Below, piece by piece: positions 18,463-27,505 of a stretch of 64,000 nt of DNA. Positions within the stretch are counted from its first letter, which is position 1, and each line of letters begins with the position of its first letter. The position numbers and the translations under genes were made by a program. The DNA comes from a virus, in IMG/VR virus record IMGVR_UViG_3300042898_004347, positions 76,054 through 140,053 of that record; one strand, given 5' to 3'. The notes under the pieces were generated by a model that was given only the letters and a program-made list of their open reading frames with translations, searched no databases and was not told where the DNA came from.

Positions 18463-18747
18463 TTACTTGCTCAGCTGATAGAGCTTTGCCGCAGGACCGC
18501 GGGAACCCTTCGCCTTAGGAGCATCGCCAACGATCTTACCGTTGGTCTTGACGTACTCGTAGATGTACCAGTGGTCAGCACCAATCGCGGTGACAATCTC
18601 TTTCAGAGTGAAAGGATTGGCTGGGAATTGGAACTTGCTGACGAGCGAAACCGCTTCAGACTTCTTGACACCACGACGAGGAGTCGTGGAGGCAGTTGCG
18701 CTGGCGGTGACGGTGGTATTAGACGAGGCGGTGTTATTAACTTTCAT
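18463..18747 (-). CDS. Small basic winged-helix-like DNA-binding protein
   Basis: FTLKEI...RGPAAKLY. Confidence 0.6.
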   Translation of the reverse strand: MKVNNTASSNTTVTASATASTTPRRGVKKSEAVSLVSKFQFPANPFTLKEIVTAIGADHWYIYEYVKTNGKIVGDAPKAKGSRGPAAKLYQLSK

Positions 18748-18902
18748 GATGTATTTTATTGTTGTTGATTTGAAGAGAAAGGCTAACCGTATTGGTCAGT
18801 CGTCTCAATCGATACTGATAACAATACTTAGTTCCTGCTTGGTGTAAATAACAAAATGACCTATATGTGATCTAAAAAACTAAACCGTTGATCATCAACA
18901 AC

Positions 18903-19601
18903 TTAGGAAGTTTTGATTTCCGCAAATTCTGAGATCATTGGAAAGATTGGAGCAAGGGCAAGAGCCATATTCTGCGCCAATTCCATATGTTCCTTCTGCG
19001 TCCCATTGCCCGAACGAACCTCGATGTAATGGATAAAGCTACGCAACGTTCCAGAGACGTAAAGGCGCGAGACAGTATTACCCTCAGGTAGAATTGCGCG
19101 GGCTTGTTCCTTGGCAATACCGCGTTCCAATGCAGCTTTATAAGTTGTTGTTACTAAATCAATTACCTCTTGCTGTTTGTTTTCCCACCACAATTTTGTG
19201 GCGTCATCAGCAGTATTCAAGGAATTCTGACGATTCTTATCATCCTGAAGGCGAGCTTCACGCGTTACAAAGTCCAACTCTTTCACGGGATCCGCATAAC
19301 GCTGGCTGAATTCTTGGAAAGAGAACGAGCGGTGCCGAAGAAGCTGACGAGCAATATCCCGCGTCGTATTAACTTCTACGCAGGCAGACACCATCTCAAG
19401 TGGAGACCAATGCTTGTTGCGAATAAGGTAACGAATCAGTTTGTCCGAAGTCTCGGTATTGAACTGGTTCTTCGGATTCGAAACTCGTGCGCAAAATGCA
19501 ATGAGATCCTGAAGGTCCATACTGAAATCTTCGATTCCAAGTGGTTTTAGGCCATCCGCCATCTTAGAGTGACTAATGAGTTTTACTTTTTTACTTATCA
19601 T
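18903..19601 (-). CDS. thyX: Flavin-dependent thymidylate synthase
   Basis: HWSPLE, RHRSFSFQEFSQRY (ThyX motif), AKEQARAILP. Confidence 0.95.
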   Translation of the reverse strand: MISKKVKLISHSKMADGLKPLGIEDFSMDLQDLIAFCARVSNPKNQFNTETSDKLIRYLIRNKHWSPLEMVSACVEVNTTRDIARQLLRHRSFSFQEFSQRYADPVKELDFVTREARLQDDKNRQNSLNTADDATKLWWENKQQEVIDLVTTTYKAALERGIAKEQARAILPEGNTVSRLYVSGTLRSFIHYIEVRSGNGTQKEHMELAQNMALALAPIFPMISEFAEIKTS

Positions 19602-20031
19602 GATTGATTTTATGAGTGAGATAGTACCCAAGCATTTTTACGTTTTTCTGAGTAAAGTTAAACTGATCGCTGTAAATGCCACCATTACGTTGGATGAACT
19701 CTTCCGAGAAACCTTCCTTGCGCATACGGTTAATCATACCCCTATTGAGGATATATGCGCTAGAGCTCTTTTTCCCAAAATTAGGGAATACCATTATGGT
19801 ACCCAGATCGGAATTGATTCTGGCTTTTGCAGCAATAAATGTTTGATCAGAATTGATCGCCGTATCAAAATCAATGGATACCTTAATGTCTTTATTTTGA
19901 AGTTGCGCAGAATGAATAATGTCGTGAGCAAACTCCAGAACACACGCATTGACATGAACGTCAGTTTTATATTGAGAATAGTCTATTTCTGGTTTTTCTT
20001 TTTCGTTATCGTCGTCGTCGTCGGCAAGCAT
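19591..20031 (-). CDS. Hypothetical protein
   Basis: Fits the gene array. Confidence 0.6.
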   Translation of the reverse strand: MLADDDDDNEKEKPEIDYSQYKTDVHVNACVLEFAHDIIHSAQLQNKDIKVSIDFDTAINSDQTFIAAKARINSDLGTIMVFPNFGKKSSSAYILNRGMINRMRKEGFSEEFIQRNGGIYSDQFNFTQKNVKMLGYYLTHKINHDK

Positions 20032-20035
20032 ATTA

Positions 20036-20719
20036 TTAGGTCCAGAGCTGTCTGCGGTTTTTAACTACCCATTCGCATACCTGAGTGTCGGCTTCTTCTA
20101 GTTTGGTTTCCAACTCGGTGACTTTATTATACTTTTCCATCTTATTCTGAGCAATATCGCTCATCATAAGAGGAACATCTTCCCACGCTTTTTCAATTTC
20201 ATCCAGAATTTCTTGGCGACCCTTGGTGGCATAAACATGACACTCTTTTAATTGAGCCGCGAAGATTTTAACTGTCTCCGAATACTCGAATGTAATTTTG
20301 TCGAAGCACTTCTCGCGGTCGACATACTCGATGACACATTGCATGCAGAATTCCACAATGATGGAATCGAGGTCGCGGTACTGACGGATGAAGACCTTAT
20401 CACGCATTTCTTTACGAGAACGTTTAATGTAAGGCTTTATCTTCCATTTGATTCTTCTGACACTCGCTTCGATGTCCTGAAAGAAACCAATAACAGTATC
20501 ACGGAAGAAGTATTGTACCGGATACTCCTTTTTAACGTACTCGTCAAATTTTGTCCACTCGCCTATAAGATCAGCTCCAGCGCGGAGTGCGTAGGGTTTG
20601 ATGTAAAGAGGGAATGGCCAATACCATACAACCAGCTCTCTGGATTTAAGAGGCATTGCTTTGTATTCGTCGAGAGTGCTCACCACGACGCAGTGTTTGT
20701 AGGGATTGTCGTTAAACAT
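20036..20719 (-). CDS. Hypothetical protein
   Basis: Fits the gene array; ends ...LWT. Confidence 0.65.
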   Translation of the reverse strand: MFNDNPYKHCVVVSTLDEYKAMPLKSRELVVWYWPFPLYIKPYALRAGADLIGEWTKFDEYVKKEYPVQYFFRDTVIGFFQDIEASVRRIKWKIKPYIKRSRKEMRDKVFIRQYRDLDSIIVEFCMQCVIEYVDREKCFDKITFEYSETVKIFAAQLKECHVYATKGRQEILDEIEKAWEDVPLMMSDIAQNKMEKYNKVTELETKLEEADTQVCEWVVKNRRQLWT

Positions 20720-21428
20720 AATGAATTAAAGTTGTATTCTTTGTAGCAGCATCGATGTTAAAGGCAATTGGTTTGTTAATTGCAAAATATCCTTCATTGC
20801 AGATTGATGCATTAATATACGTGGTCTCACCAAGGATTGCGTGGCCATAACCGGAATGGACATGCCCACATACGTGAACCTTTGGTTCAATCCGACGAAT
20901 CTTCTTTGCAAGATCATTATCTCCAACCGATACCCAGGGTCCATTCGGATCTGTAAAATTTGGGCATTTATCCAATAGTCCATATGCTGGACCATGAGTA
21001 ATAAGAACATCAGTTCCTTCAGGAATTAATTCCCAGTGTTGTCGCAGCGGAGTTCCGCGTGGGAGGTTAAACGCCCAATTGAAGAACTCTGGTTGCTGTG
21101 GAGAACCCCAGAACTTAATGCCTTCAATTTCACAACCAGAATTCCATAGATAATGGAATCCATCAGACACTGGAAGAATTGCTTTAATGGCCGACTCGGA
21201 GCTTGGCTGATCTGTATGATCAGGATCCATGAAGAGATCATGATTTCCAGCAATGATAATCCGATGCTTATACGGAAGCGCATTAAACCAACCCAACGCT
21301 CTCATACATTCTTCCATGGATCCACGATTACAAAAATCGCCAGCATGGATAATGCCGTCAGCCTCGGGTAAAGTATGGGCCATGGACCGATGAAGTCCAT
21401 GGGTGTCCGATATGCAAATAAACTTCAT
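20712..21428 (-). CDS. Calcineurin-like metallophosphoesterase
   Basis: SDTH, HAGD, GNHD, THGP, GHVH. Confidence 0.9.
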   Translation of the reverse strand: MKFICISDTHGLHRSMAHTLPEADGIIHAGDFCNRGSMEECMRALGWFNALPYKHRIIIAGNHDLFMDPDHTDQPSSESAIKAILPVSDGFHYLWNSGCEIEGIKFWGSPQQPEFFNWAFNLPRGTPLRQHWELIPEGTDVLITHGPAYGLLDKCPNFTDPNGPWVSVGDNDLAKKIRRIEPKVHVCGHVHSGYGHAILGETTYINASICNEGYFAINKPIAFNIDAATKNTTLIHYV

Positions 21429-21434
21429 TCTACT

Positions 21435-21463
21435 ATCCTATCAAATTGTGAGTGAATGTAAAC
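21435..21463 (-). promoter_or_regulatory. Early-type promoter, near-leaderless
   Basis: GTTTAC-N17-TAGGAT, 6 nt, ATG. Confidence 0.6.
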
Positions 21464-21470
21464 AGTAAAA

Positions 21471-21659
21471 TTACTTTTTGTTGACGGTAATTTTTGCGGC
21501 AAATAAACTAGACAAAACTACTGTTGCTGTCCAGGTTTCTAGTGTGAATGGAATGGCAAACTTAAACAGCGTATTCATCGACCAAATGACAGCAATTGGA
21601 TAGAATATAAAAAGGCCAATTACAAAAACAATTGCAAGAGCTATGACGAATTCTTTCAT
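21471..21659 (-). CDS. Small membrane protein
   Basis: MKEFVIALAIVFVIGLFIFYPIAVIWSMNTLF. Confidence 0.65.
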   Translation of the reverse strand: MKEFVIALAIVFVIGLFIFYPIAVIWSMNTLFKFAIPFTLETWTATVVLSSLFAAKITVNKK

Positions 21660-21660
21660 A

Positions 21661-21948
21661 TTAGGCGGTGGCCTCAGTCGTTGCAGCTTCTTCAACCTTT
21701 GGTGCAGACTGGCGACGATCTGAATCGGCACCATACGGAATACAGAACCAACGGATGGTTCCACGATCCGGAATCATGGAAAGAAGTTTAGCGTGAGCTT
21801 CTTTTTCCTTCTGCGTAGCAGTGGATTTAAGTTGCTTTGGCTTTCCAGGAATCTTATTTAGATTCCGCAAAGACTTAATTGCTTCGGTAAACTTTTTCAG
21901 CTTACGGCGAAACGCAGGGGAGCTAGTTTTTTTATCGTAGTCGTTCAT
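21661..21948 (-). CDS. Basic hypothetical protein
   Basis: Fits the gene array. Confidence 0.55.
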   Translation of the reverse strand: MNDYDKKTSSPAFRRKLKKFTEAIKSLRNLNKIPGKPKQLKSTATQKEKEAHAKLLSMIPDRGTIRWFCIPYGADSDRRQSAPKVEEAATTEATA

Positions 21949-22523
21949 GGGAGTTTATAGGAAATTGTATGAAGAAAGGAACCTGTTTTGTAAAGGATAG
22001 TGGATAATTTACGGCGAACCCAGCGGTAGGGCGATGTGTGGAAAATGAAGCGGTTGTACCAACGAGAATTCTCATATTCTCGGTCTGCATGCCATTTGCG
22101 TTCTTGCTCTTTTCTGTCGGCACTTGGCACTTTTTTAAACTCAAAAAGTTCCGTAGAATCGACCTTACCGTCAATGAGTACAACTTTGAATTCAATGGTG
22201 CAATCCCAAAGACCAAGCACGTCATGACGGTAGTCATACATGTAAATAGTTTCAGTGATTTTTTGAAGTTCAAGATATCGATCCGTGCGTTCAAGGGAAC
22301 CCATACGGTCCATAAAACTCTTGCCTTTTGGGTCACCCTCGACCCATTTCTCGCTCTTGTATTTTTCTAGAAAGAAATTACCGTCTTGAACAACATAGTT
22401 GGCCAGGCAGCAGTCAAGGTCTTTGGTCTGAAAGGACCAGTTGTTTTTATCGAGACCAAACTCCTTCATCTCTTCCGAGAAAGGTAGATTGTCGCCCCAT
22501 TGAATTGTATCGAACATTCCCAT
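21945..22523 (-). CDS. Conserved phage hypothetical protein
   Basis: MGMFD...FQTKDLDCCL..Y...G pattern. Confidence 0.7.
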   Translation of the reverse strand: MGMFDTIQWGDNLPFSEEMKEFGLDKNNWSFQTKDLDCCLANYVVQDGNFFLEKYKSEKWVEGDPKGKSFMDRMGSLERTDRYLELQKITETIYMYDYRHDVLGLWDCTIEFKVVLIDGKVDSTELFEFKKVPSADRKEQERKWHADREYENSRWYNRFIFHTSPYRWVRRKLSTILYKTGSFLHTISYKLP

Positions 22524-22574
22524 ATTGTAGTTCCTATCTTATACCGTTATTGCCTCATGTAAACAACAAAATGC

Positions 22575-22811
22575 CTACAATTTAAAATTAAGTTGCTCTC
22601 TAATTGCCTGCACGAAGACCCTACCAGCTTCGGAAGCCGATTCAAGATCGGGAGCAATTACATTGCCATTTCGCTCAATTCTAAGTATTTCTTTGCCTCC
22701 CACGTTAAAGTCAAGAACGGAATCGGTAATCTGAGTGCCCACTGAAAGAGGGCTAAAGCTAATTAAATTGAAACTGGGTTCAATGTCTTTGAATTCTGTT
22801 TGTGTTTCCAT
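22575..22811 (-). CDS. Hypothetical protein
   Basis: Start METQTEF after the gp41 stop. Confidence 0.55.
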   Translation of the reverse strand: METQTEFKDIEPSFNLISFSPLSVGTQITDSVLDFNVGGKEILRIERNGNVIAPDLESASEAGRVFVQAIREQLNFKL

Positions 22812-22815
22812 AGTA

Positions 22816-24180
22816 TTATTCGATTTTAAATCCGTTAAAGTTCCTCTCCTGAGTACCACTACGGACAGTTGGTTCTTTGCTTAAAGTCTGAGCTTTGTTT
22901 TCAACATCAAACAGTTTCATCTTGGCACGATCAACTCCAATGATAAAACGCTTATTCTTGGTTGGATCGTTATACCGGTTTTTTAACTGTTTGACAATAA
23001 GTTGTCCCATCTTTTCAAGTTCTTCAGTTGAGATGAGGGCAAACATGAGATCTGCCGTTGCAGGAAGACCAAAGGATTCTGAGGTGTCAGTCAGTTCAAC
23101 ATCGCTATTGCCGAATCCACTACGAGTTGTCTGAGTCGCAGAGAAGATTGGAACATTGAATTCCACAGCAAGACCACGAATTTCTTCCGCAATAGCCTTG
23201 ATGAATGAGTAGGTATTGATTGAACCTCCCACGCCTTTCATACGAGAAGAAGCACAGATGTTAAGATAGTCAATAAAGATGACGTCAGGAGTAAAATCCT
23301 TCTTCAGCTTAAGTTCATTCAAAAGAGCACGGAAATGACCAGCATGTGCAGATGCAGTTGGATATTCCTTGATGATTAAAGATCCTACAGTCTTTGCAGC
23401 AATCTTCTTGATCTTGCTCTCGTACAAGTCCTTTGGAAGACTTGCAAGTTGATCAATTGGGATATTCATTAGATTCGCATCGATACGTTCAGCGATGCGT
23501 TCTTCTGACATTTCTAGCGTGATGTACAGCACATTCTTACCCTGTGTCAGATACGAAGAAGCCACATGACACATGAAGAGGGACTTTCCCACGCCCGTGC
23601 CGGCAAGACAGATATTCAACGTCTTACGTGGAACTCCATTCTTGGTAATGGCATTGAACATCTCGAGATCGAATGGAGTACGATCTTCCACCTTGTGATA
23701 GAAGTCGAACCGATCCTCAAAGTCACCGATGTAATCGTGACCCACAGAATTGTCAAAGTTGATTCCAAGAGCCTTTTGAAGGATGTCTGGAATTGCACCT
23801 TGGCCAATATCTTTCTTCTTGCCATCGATGATCTGAATCGATTCCATAATGGCCAAGAATACGGCACGGTCCTTACACCATTTTTCCGTATTCTCGATTA
23901 GCCATAGGTCTTCAACTTTGGGATTCTCACTGAGAGATTCAATAAGTTTGACTGTAGAATCGTATTGATCCTCTCGAATGTCAGTCTTGTCAAGATCAAT
24001 GCCAAGGCTCGTCTGCGTAGGAAGTTTATTGTACTTGGCAATAAAATCCAGGACGAGTTTGTAGACTGACTTATGAGAACCCTCAAAATACTCAGACTTA
24101 ATGAATGGCAATACTTTTCTGCAGTATTGCTCATCATTAACTAGTTTCTGAAGGATTGTCGTTTGTAGGTTGTTTGTCAT
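22816..24180 (-). CDS. 41: Replicative DNA helicase gp41
   Basis: AGTGVGKS, ITLEM, IFIDYLN, SATQTTR, SESFGLPATAD, QLKNRY. Confidence 0.95.
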   Translation of the reverse strand: MTNNLQTTILQKLVNDEQYCRKVLPFIKSEYFEGSHKSVYKLVLDFIAKYNKLPTQTSLGIDLDKTDIREDQYDSTVKLIESLSENPKVEDLWLIENTEKWCKDRAVFLAIMESIQIIDGKKKDIGQGAIPDILQKALGINFDNSVGHDYIGDFEDRFDFYHKVEDRTPFDLEMFNAITKNGVPRKTLNICLAGTGVGKSLFMCHVASSYLTQGKNVLYITLEMSEERIAERIDANLMNIPIDQLASLPKDLYESKIKKIAAKTVGSLIIKEYPTASAHAGHFRALLNELKLKKDFTPDVIFIDYLNICASSRMKGVGGSINTYSFIKAIAEEIRGLAVEFNVPIFSATQTTRSGFGNSDVELTDTSESFGLPATADLMFALISTEELEKMGQLIVKQLKNRYNDPTKNKRFIIGVDRAKMKLFDVENKAQTLSKEPTVRSGTQERNFNGFKIE

Positions 24181-24487
24181 TAGACCCTAATTTATAATTA
24201 CCAGTATCGAAAGCGTTTTGAATAATGTGGCTAAGAATGTCGCCGAGATGGTTATTGAAGTCGTTTGATTCTTCAAGTATTTCTACGGTCTGTGGAGCCG
24301 GAGATTCATCGACCTTGAATTGAAAAGAAAGGGTGGCTGATTCTTTGTCTTCGTTGACCTTTAAGGAAACCTTTCCATAGGTAACAATGACGCCAGACCA
24401 TTGGCCAGTTTTCAGCTTCACCGAATACAATTCGGAAGTTGGCTTTTCAACAAAAGAATAATCGCTGTCAGTAATTTTAGGATTCAT
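24137..24487 (-). CDS. Conserved T4-like protein between uvsX and 41 (gp40 position)
   Basis: Synteny; YGKV...LSFQF...LGDIL. Confidence 0.6.
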   Translation of the reverse strand: MNPKITDSDYSFVEKPTSELYSVKLKTGQWSGVIVTYGKVSLKVNEDKESATLSFQFKVDESPAPQTVEILEESNDFNNHLGDILSHIIQNAFDTGNYKLGSNDKQPTNDNPSETS

Positions 24488-25523
24488 CTTCATCAATAAT
24501 TGAAATGTTGCTGGTGTTGCTTTGACCATCGACTCCGAGGGTATAGCGTTGACGAATGTATGCCTTGAACTCTTTCGAGTCTAAGATTCCATTCCAGAAT
24601 TCTTTGTTATAGGTATCCTTTTCACGATACTTTGTCTCATCACCTTTCTTTGCATACCAGCCCATAGAAGGCTTTGTAACAAATCCGCCCTCAAGGGCAA
24701 CGTCGAGAAGGCCCGAATACTTCTCAACGCCATTTGCAAACGAGACTGAGATAGGAACCTTGGACTTTTCTTTTACGAAACGAGACTTGTCAACGTTGAT
24801 CACGAAGTGATAACCCTCAATGCCTTCATCACCCTTGTCTTGCTGACGACCAAGAATCCATACGGTATTGGCAGAGTAATAAAGACCCGTGCCGCCCGAG
24901 AGAACATCCTTCGGATACATGTCCTGCGTCTTGTACGTATGACCAATTGCAACAAGAGGAATATCTTTCATTGCAAGGTGTGGTGTGACCATGCGGAAAA
25001 GACTCTTAAAAGCTTTTGCACGAGTCATATCACCCACAGACTTCTCATTCATTGCATCCTCAACTTCTTTCTTCGAAGCAAGATTACCCACAGAGTCAAT
25101 CATGATGATGACCTTGTCAGTCTTCTCAATACCGTCAAGCTGCTTCATGATGTCGAATTTGAGATCTTCAACATTCAAGATTGGACAATGAAGAACTCGG
25201 CTCGTATCAATGCCAAAGGTCTTGAAATAGGACTGAGGAGAACCAAATTCAGAATCATAGAACAGCACAACGGATTCAGGATATTTGCGCATATACGCAG
25301 CAACCATGATGAGTGCGAATGAAGTCTTGAAGTGCTTCGATGGACCAGCAAGGACCGTAAGACCCGATGTGAGACCTTTGTCAAGGTCTCCGGAAAGGGC
25401 AACGTTAATCATAGGAACGTCTGTTGCGATGCTTTCGCTTTGATTGAAAACCTTAGAATCATCCAAGGTTGCAGCGGTATCAATTCGTGAATTCTTTTTT
25501 AATTTTGCGAGTAGTGATGACAT
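24477..25523 (-). CDS. uvsX: RecA-like recombinase UvsX
   Basis: AGPSKHFKT, YDSEFG, DSVGNLASKKE, SGGTG. Confidence 0.95.
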   Translation of the reverse strand: MSSLLAKLKKNSRIDTAATLDDSKVFNQSESIATDVPMINVALSGDLDKGLTSGLTVLAGPSKHFKTSFALIMVAAYMRKYPESVVLFYDSEFGSPQSYFKTFGIDTSRVLHCPILNVEDLKFDIMKQLDGIEKTDKVIIMIDSVGNLASKKEVEDAMNEKSVGDMTRAKAFKSLFRMVTPHLAMKDIPLVAIGHTYKTQDMYPKDVLSGGTGLYYSANTVWILGRQQDKGDEGIEGYHFVINVDKSRFVKEKSKVPISVSFANGVEKYSGLLDVALEGGFVTKPSMGWYAKKGDETKYREKDTYNKEFWNGILDSKEFKAYIRQRYTLGVDGQSNTSNISIIDEDES

Positions 25524-25562
25524 AATAGAACTATACTATAGTTGATTGATCCTGTACATCTT

Positions 25563-26561
25563 TTATTGATTCCAGTGAGGATAAAATTCTCTGGATAAAT
25601 GAACAGATTGTGGTTTTTCCATGCAGGCAAAATCTAATTCGCCTTTGAGATTCATTAGCTTTGAAATCCATTCAAACACCTTGACATTGCCTTTGGCATT
25701 CTTATGAAGCTGTTCAACGAAGAGATTTCGAATATCATTGCGTTCATTCCAGGTACCATAGAATGGAGTTCCCTTGTAATAGCCAGTCTTTGGCAATTTG
25801 CGAGACTCGTTTTCAATTGGTAGAGGTTCCCAGATTGTCACTTTGCAGTTACACGTCTTTGCAAGATCCTCACATTGCTGAACATATCCAGCAACAAGAT
25901 CTCGAGTAGCTGCCTCAGGATTACTCTGACGAAGCAGATGATGGCGAATGTCAATGTTTCCGAAGTACACTTCAATCTCATCGTACTTCAGTTTATTTGG
26001 TAATACAAAAGATTTGAGACCCGAAGTGATAGCACCATAAAGAGTTTTATATGGGACGCAATTCAGTTTCCATCCTGGGCGATACATGGAAAGAGCATGA
26101 GAATCTCCGATTGCCAGTTTTGCGCTTTCTAATTCAAGATCCGTGTTGATTACCGTCGCAGATGTTTCAATCCGGGCCAGATTAATCCAGTCGACTAGTT
26201 TCCAATCTGGATGCGATGCTGGTTCTTTATCAACCCGGGGTTTAATCATCTCAGAGTATTTTGGGAAATCAATTGTGAGGGAAAGGACTTTACCAGTGAA
26301 CTTGGACAAACGGACAATCTGGTCAATTGCACCAAATTGCTTGACGCCTCCAAACATATTGACAGTACCGCCCCAATCATTCCCATGATAGACTGCAATC
26401 GTATCAAATGCATTGTAATCCTTAATCTTGCCACCATGGTTGACGGTAACATCGTATCCCATGCATTTAAGTTGATCAGCATAGATTGCAGCCTGCGCGG
26501 CACGATGCGATGAAATCCGCTCCGAGATTGGAGCCATCGGTGTAGTGATTAAGACTTTCAT
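25563..26561 (-). CDS. Putative DNA-modifying enzyme: T4 BGT-like N-terminal domain plus SGNH-like C-terminal domain
   Basis: N-half echoes BGT (MGYDVTV, FDTIAV, VNMFGG, KVLSLTID); C-half has GDSH, FGNID, SVH; occupies the bgt locus. Confidence 0.55.
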   Translation of the reverse strand: MKVLITTPMAPISERISSHRAAQAAIYADQLKCMGYDVTVNHGGKIKDYNAFDTIAVYHGNDWGGTVNMFGGVKQFGAIDQIVRLSKFTGKVLSLTIDFPKYSEMIKPRVDKEPASHPDWKLVDWINLARIETSATVINTDLELESAKLAIGDSHALSMYRPGWKLNCVPYKTLYGAITSGLKSFVLPNKLKYDEIEVYFGNIDIRHHLLRQSNPEAATRDLVAGYVQQCEDLAKTCNCKVTIWEPLPIENESRKLPKTGYYKGTPFYGTWNERNDIRNLFVEQLHKNAKGNVKVFEWISKLMNLKGELDFACMEKPQSVHLSREFYPHWNQ

Positions 26562-27505
26562 GATTTAAAATAAGCGCGATTCTCTTCCATATCCCCGAGA
26601 TCTTTCCATTTACGCTGGCTATTAATTTTTGAAATATCCACTTTAGATAGATTGCGGTTAATGTGTGCATCCGCACCCACATTTATAAAGATTGCTCCTG
26701 GTTTTCCTTTTTTTACAAACCCTTCCCATGCTTTTGCGTCATATGCCGCAGTTGTTGGGAACGGCATTTCATTTGCAATCGGATGAGCTTTAAGGAAAGG
26801 CATAGTTGCCGTTACAACTTCAGCATCGCCAATTTCACCATCATGGATATTTCGAGCAACTGCAACCCCGTAGGCTTTTGCATTTGGCCAGCCAATTTGA
26901 AGTGCCCGAACCATTGTGCCTGTTGATACAGCACACCAAATTTCAGAAGGTTCATGCCCAATTAAATTAGTAACCATATTAGCCATGTTTGCAAGTCCAG
27001 CAGTCACTGTTGCATTTCCAGTAAGACCAAATGGAAGATACTGAGCATTATTCTTTTCTGCCCATTTTTTCGCATAGGAATTCAATACTGGCATTGCAGC
27101 AATCTTAAAGAATCGCATGTCTGTATGTGCATAGGCAAAAAGAGCACCTTGATGATTCGATACTTCAGATGAAGCTGGACAAAAGAAAACACATTTCTTA
27201 TTATACATCTGAGCCAACATGGCGATGGCATCCGGAGCGTGACCCTGCCGCGGTGCACAGTAGACTAAAGTATCCTTAGGAGTTTCAGCAATAACTCGTT
27301 CTCCGCCGAATGCCTTTAATCCACCCGGAGCAAAATCTGCTCTAAGGATGTATTTGTCTCCGAACTGTTCAACAACTGGAGGATCGATTCGAGTATTGAA
27401 CGTCCCCCACAAGTTTTGATAATACTCTTTTGCCTGGCTACGCGACATCCCTTTCGGAATATCCTTGTTAGATGTGTCTTGAGTTACTGTGTACATGTTT
27501 TGCAT
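26558..27505 (-). CDS. PLP-dependent enzyme, fold type II (Trp synthase beta / ACC deaminase-like)
   Basis: LRAD...GGLK (PLP lysine), WCAVSTGT phosphate loop, YDAKAW. Confidence 0.75.
   Translation of the reverse strand: MQNMYTVTQDTSNKDIPKGMSRSQAKEYYQNLWGTFNTRIDPPVVEQFGDKYILRADFAPGGLKAFGGERVIAETPKDTLVYCAPRQGHAPDAIAMLAQMYNKKCVFFCPASSEVSNHQGALFAYAHTDMRFFKIAAMPVLNSYAKKWAEKNNAQYLPFGLTGNATVTAGLANMANMVTNLIGHEPSEIWCAVSTGTMVRALQIGWPNAKAYGVAVARNIHDGEIGDAEVVTATMPFLKAHPIANEMPFPTTAAYDAKAWEGFVKKGKPGAIFINVGADAHINRNLSKVDISKINSQRKWKDLGDMEENRAYFKS

Noticed and set aside
18881-18905. FNR box
   Set aside because: The half-site spacing is TTGAT-N1-ATCAA, not N4; IHF-like half sites fit all copies better.
26558-27505. 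Auxiliary metabolic cysteine synthase (cysK)
   Set aside because: It lacks the CysK SVKDR and TSGNTG motifs, and its operon context points to DNA modification.
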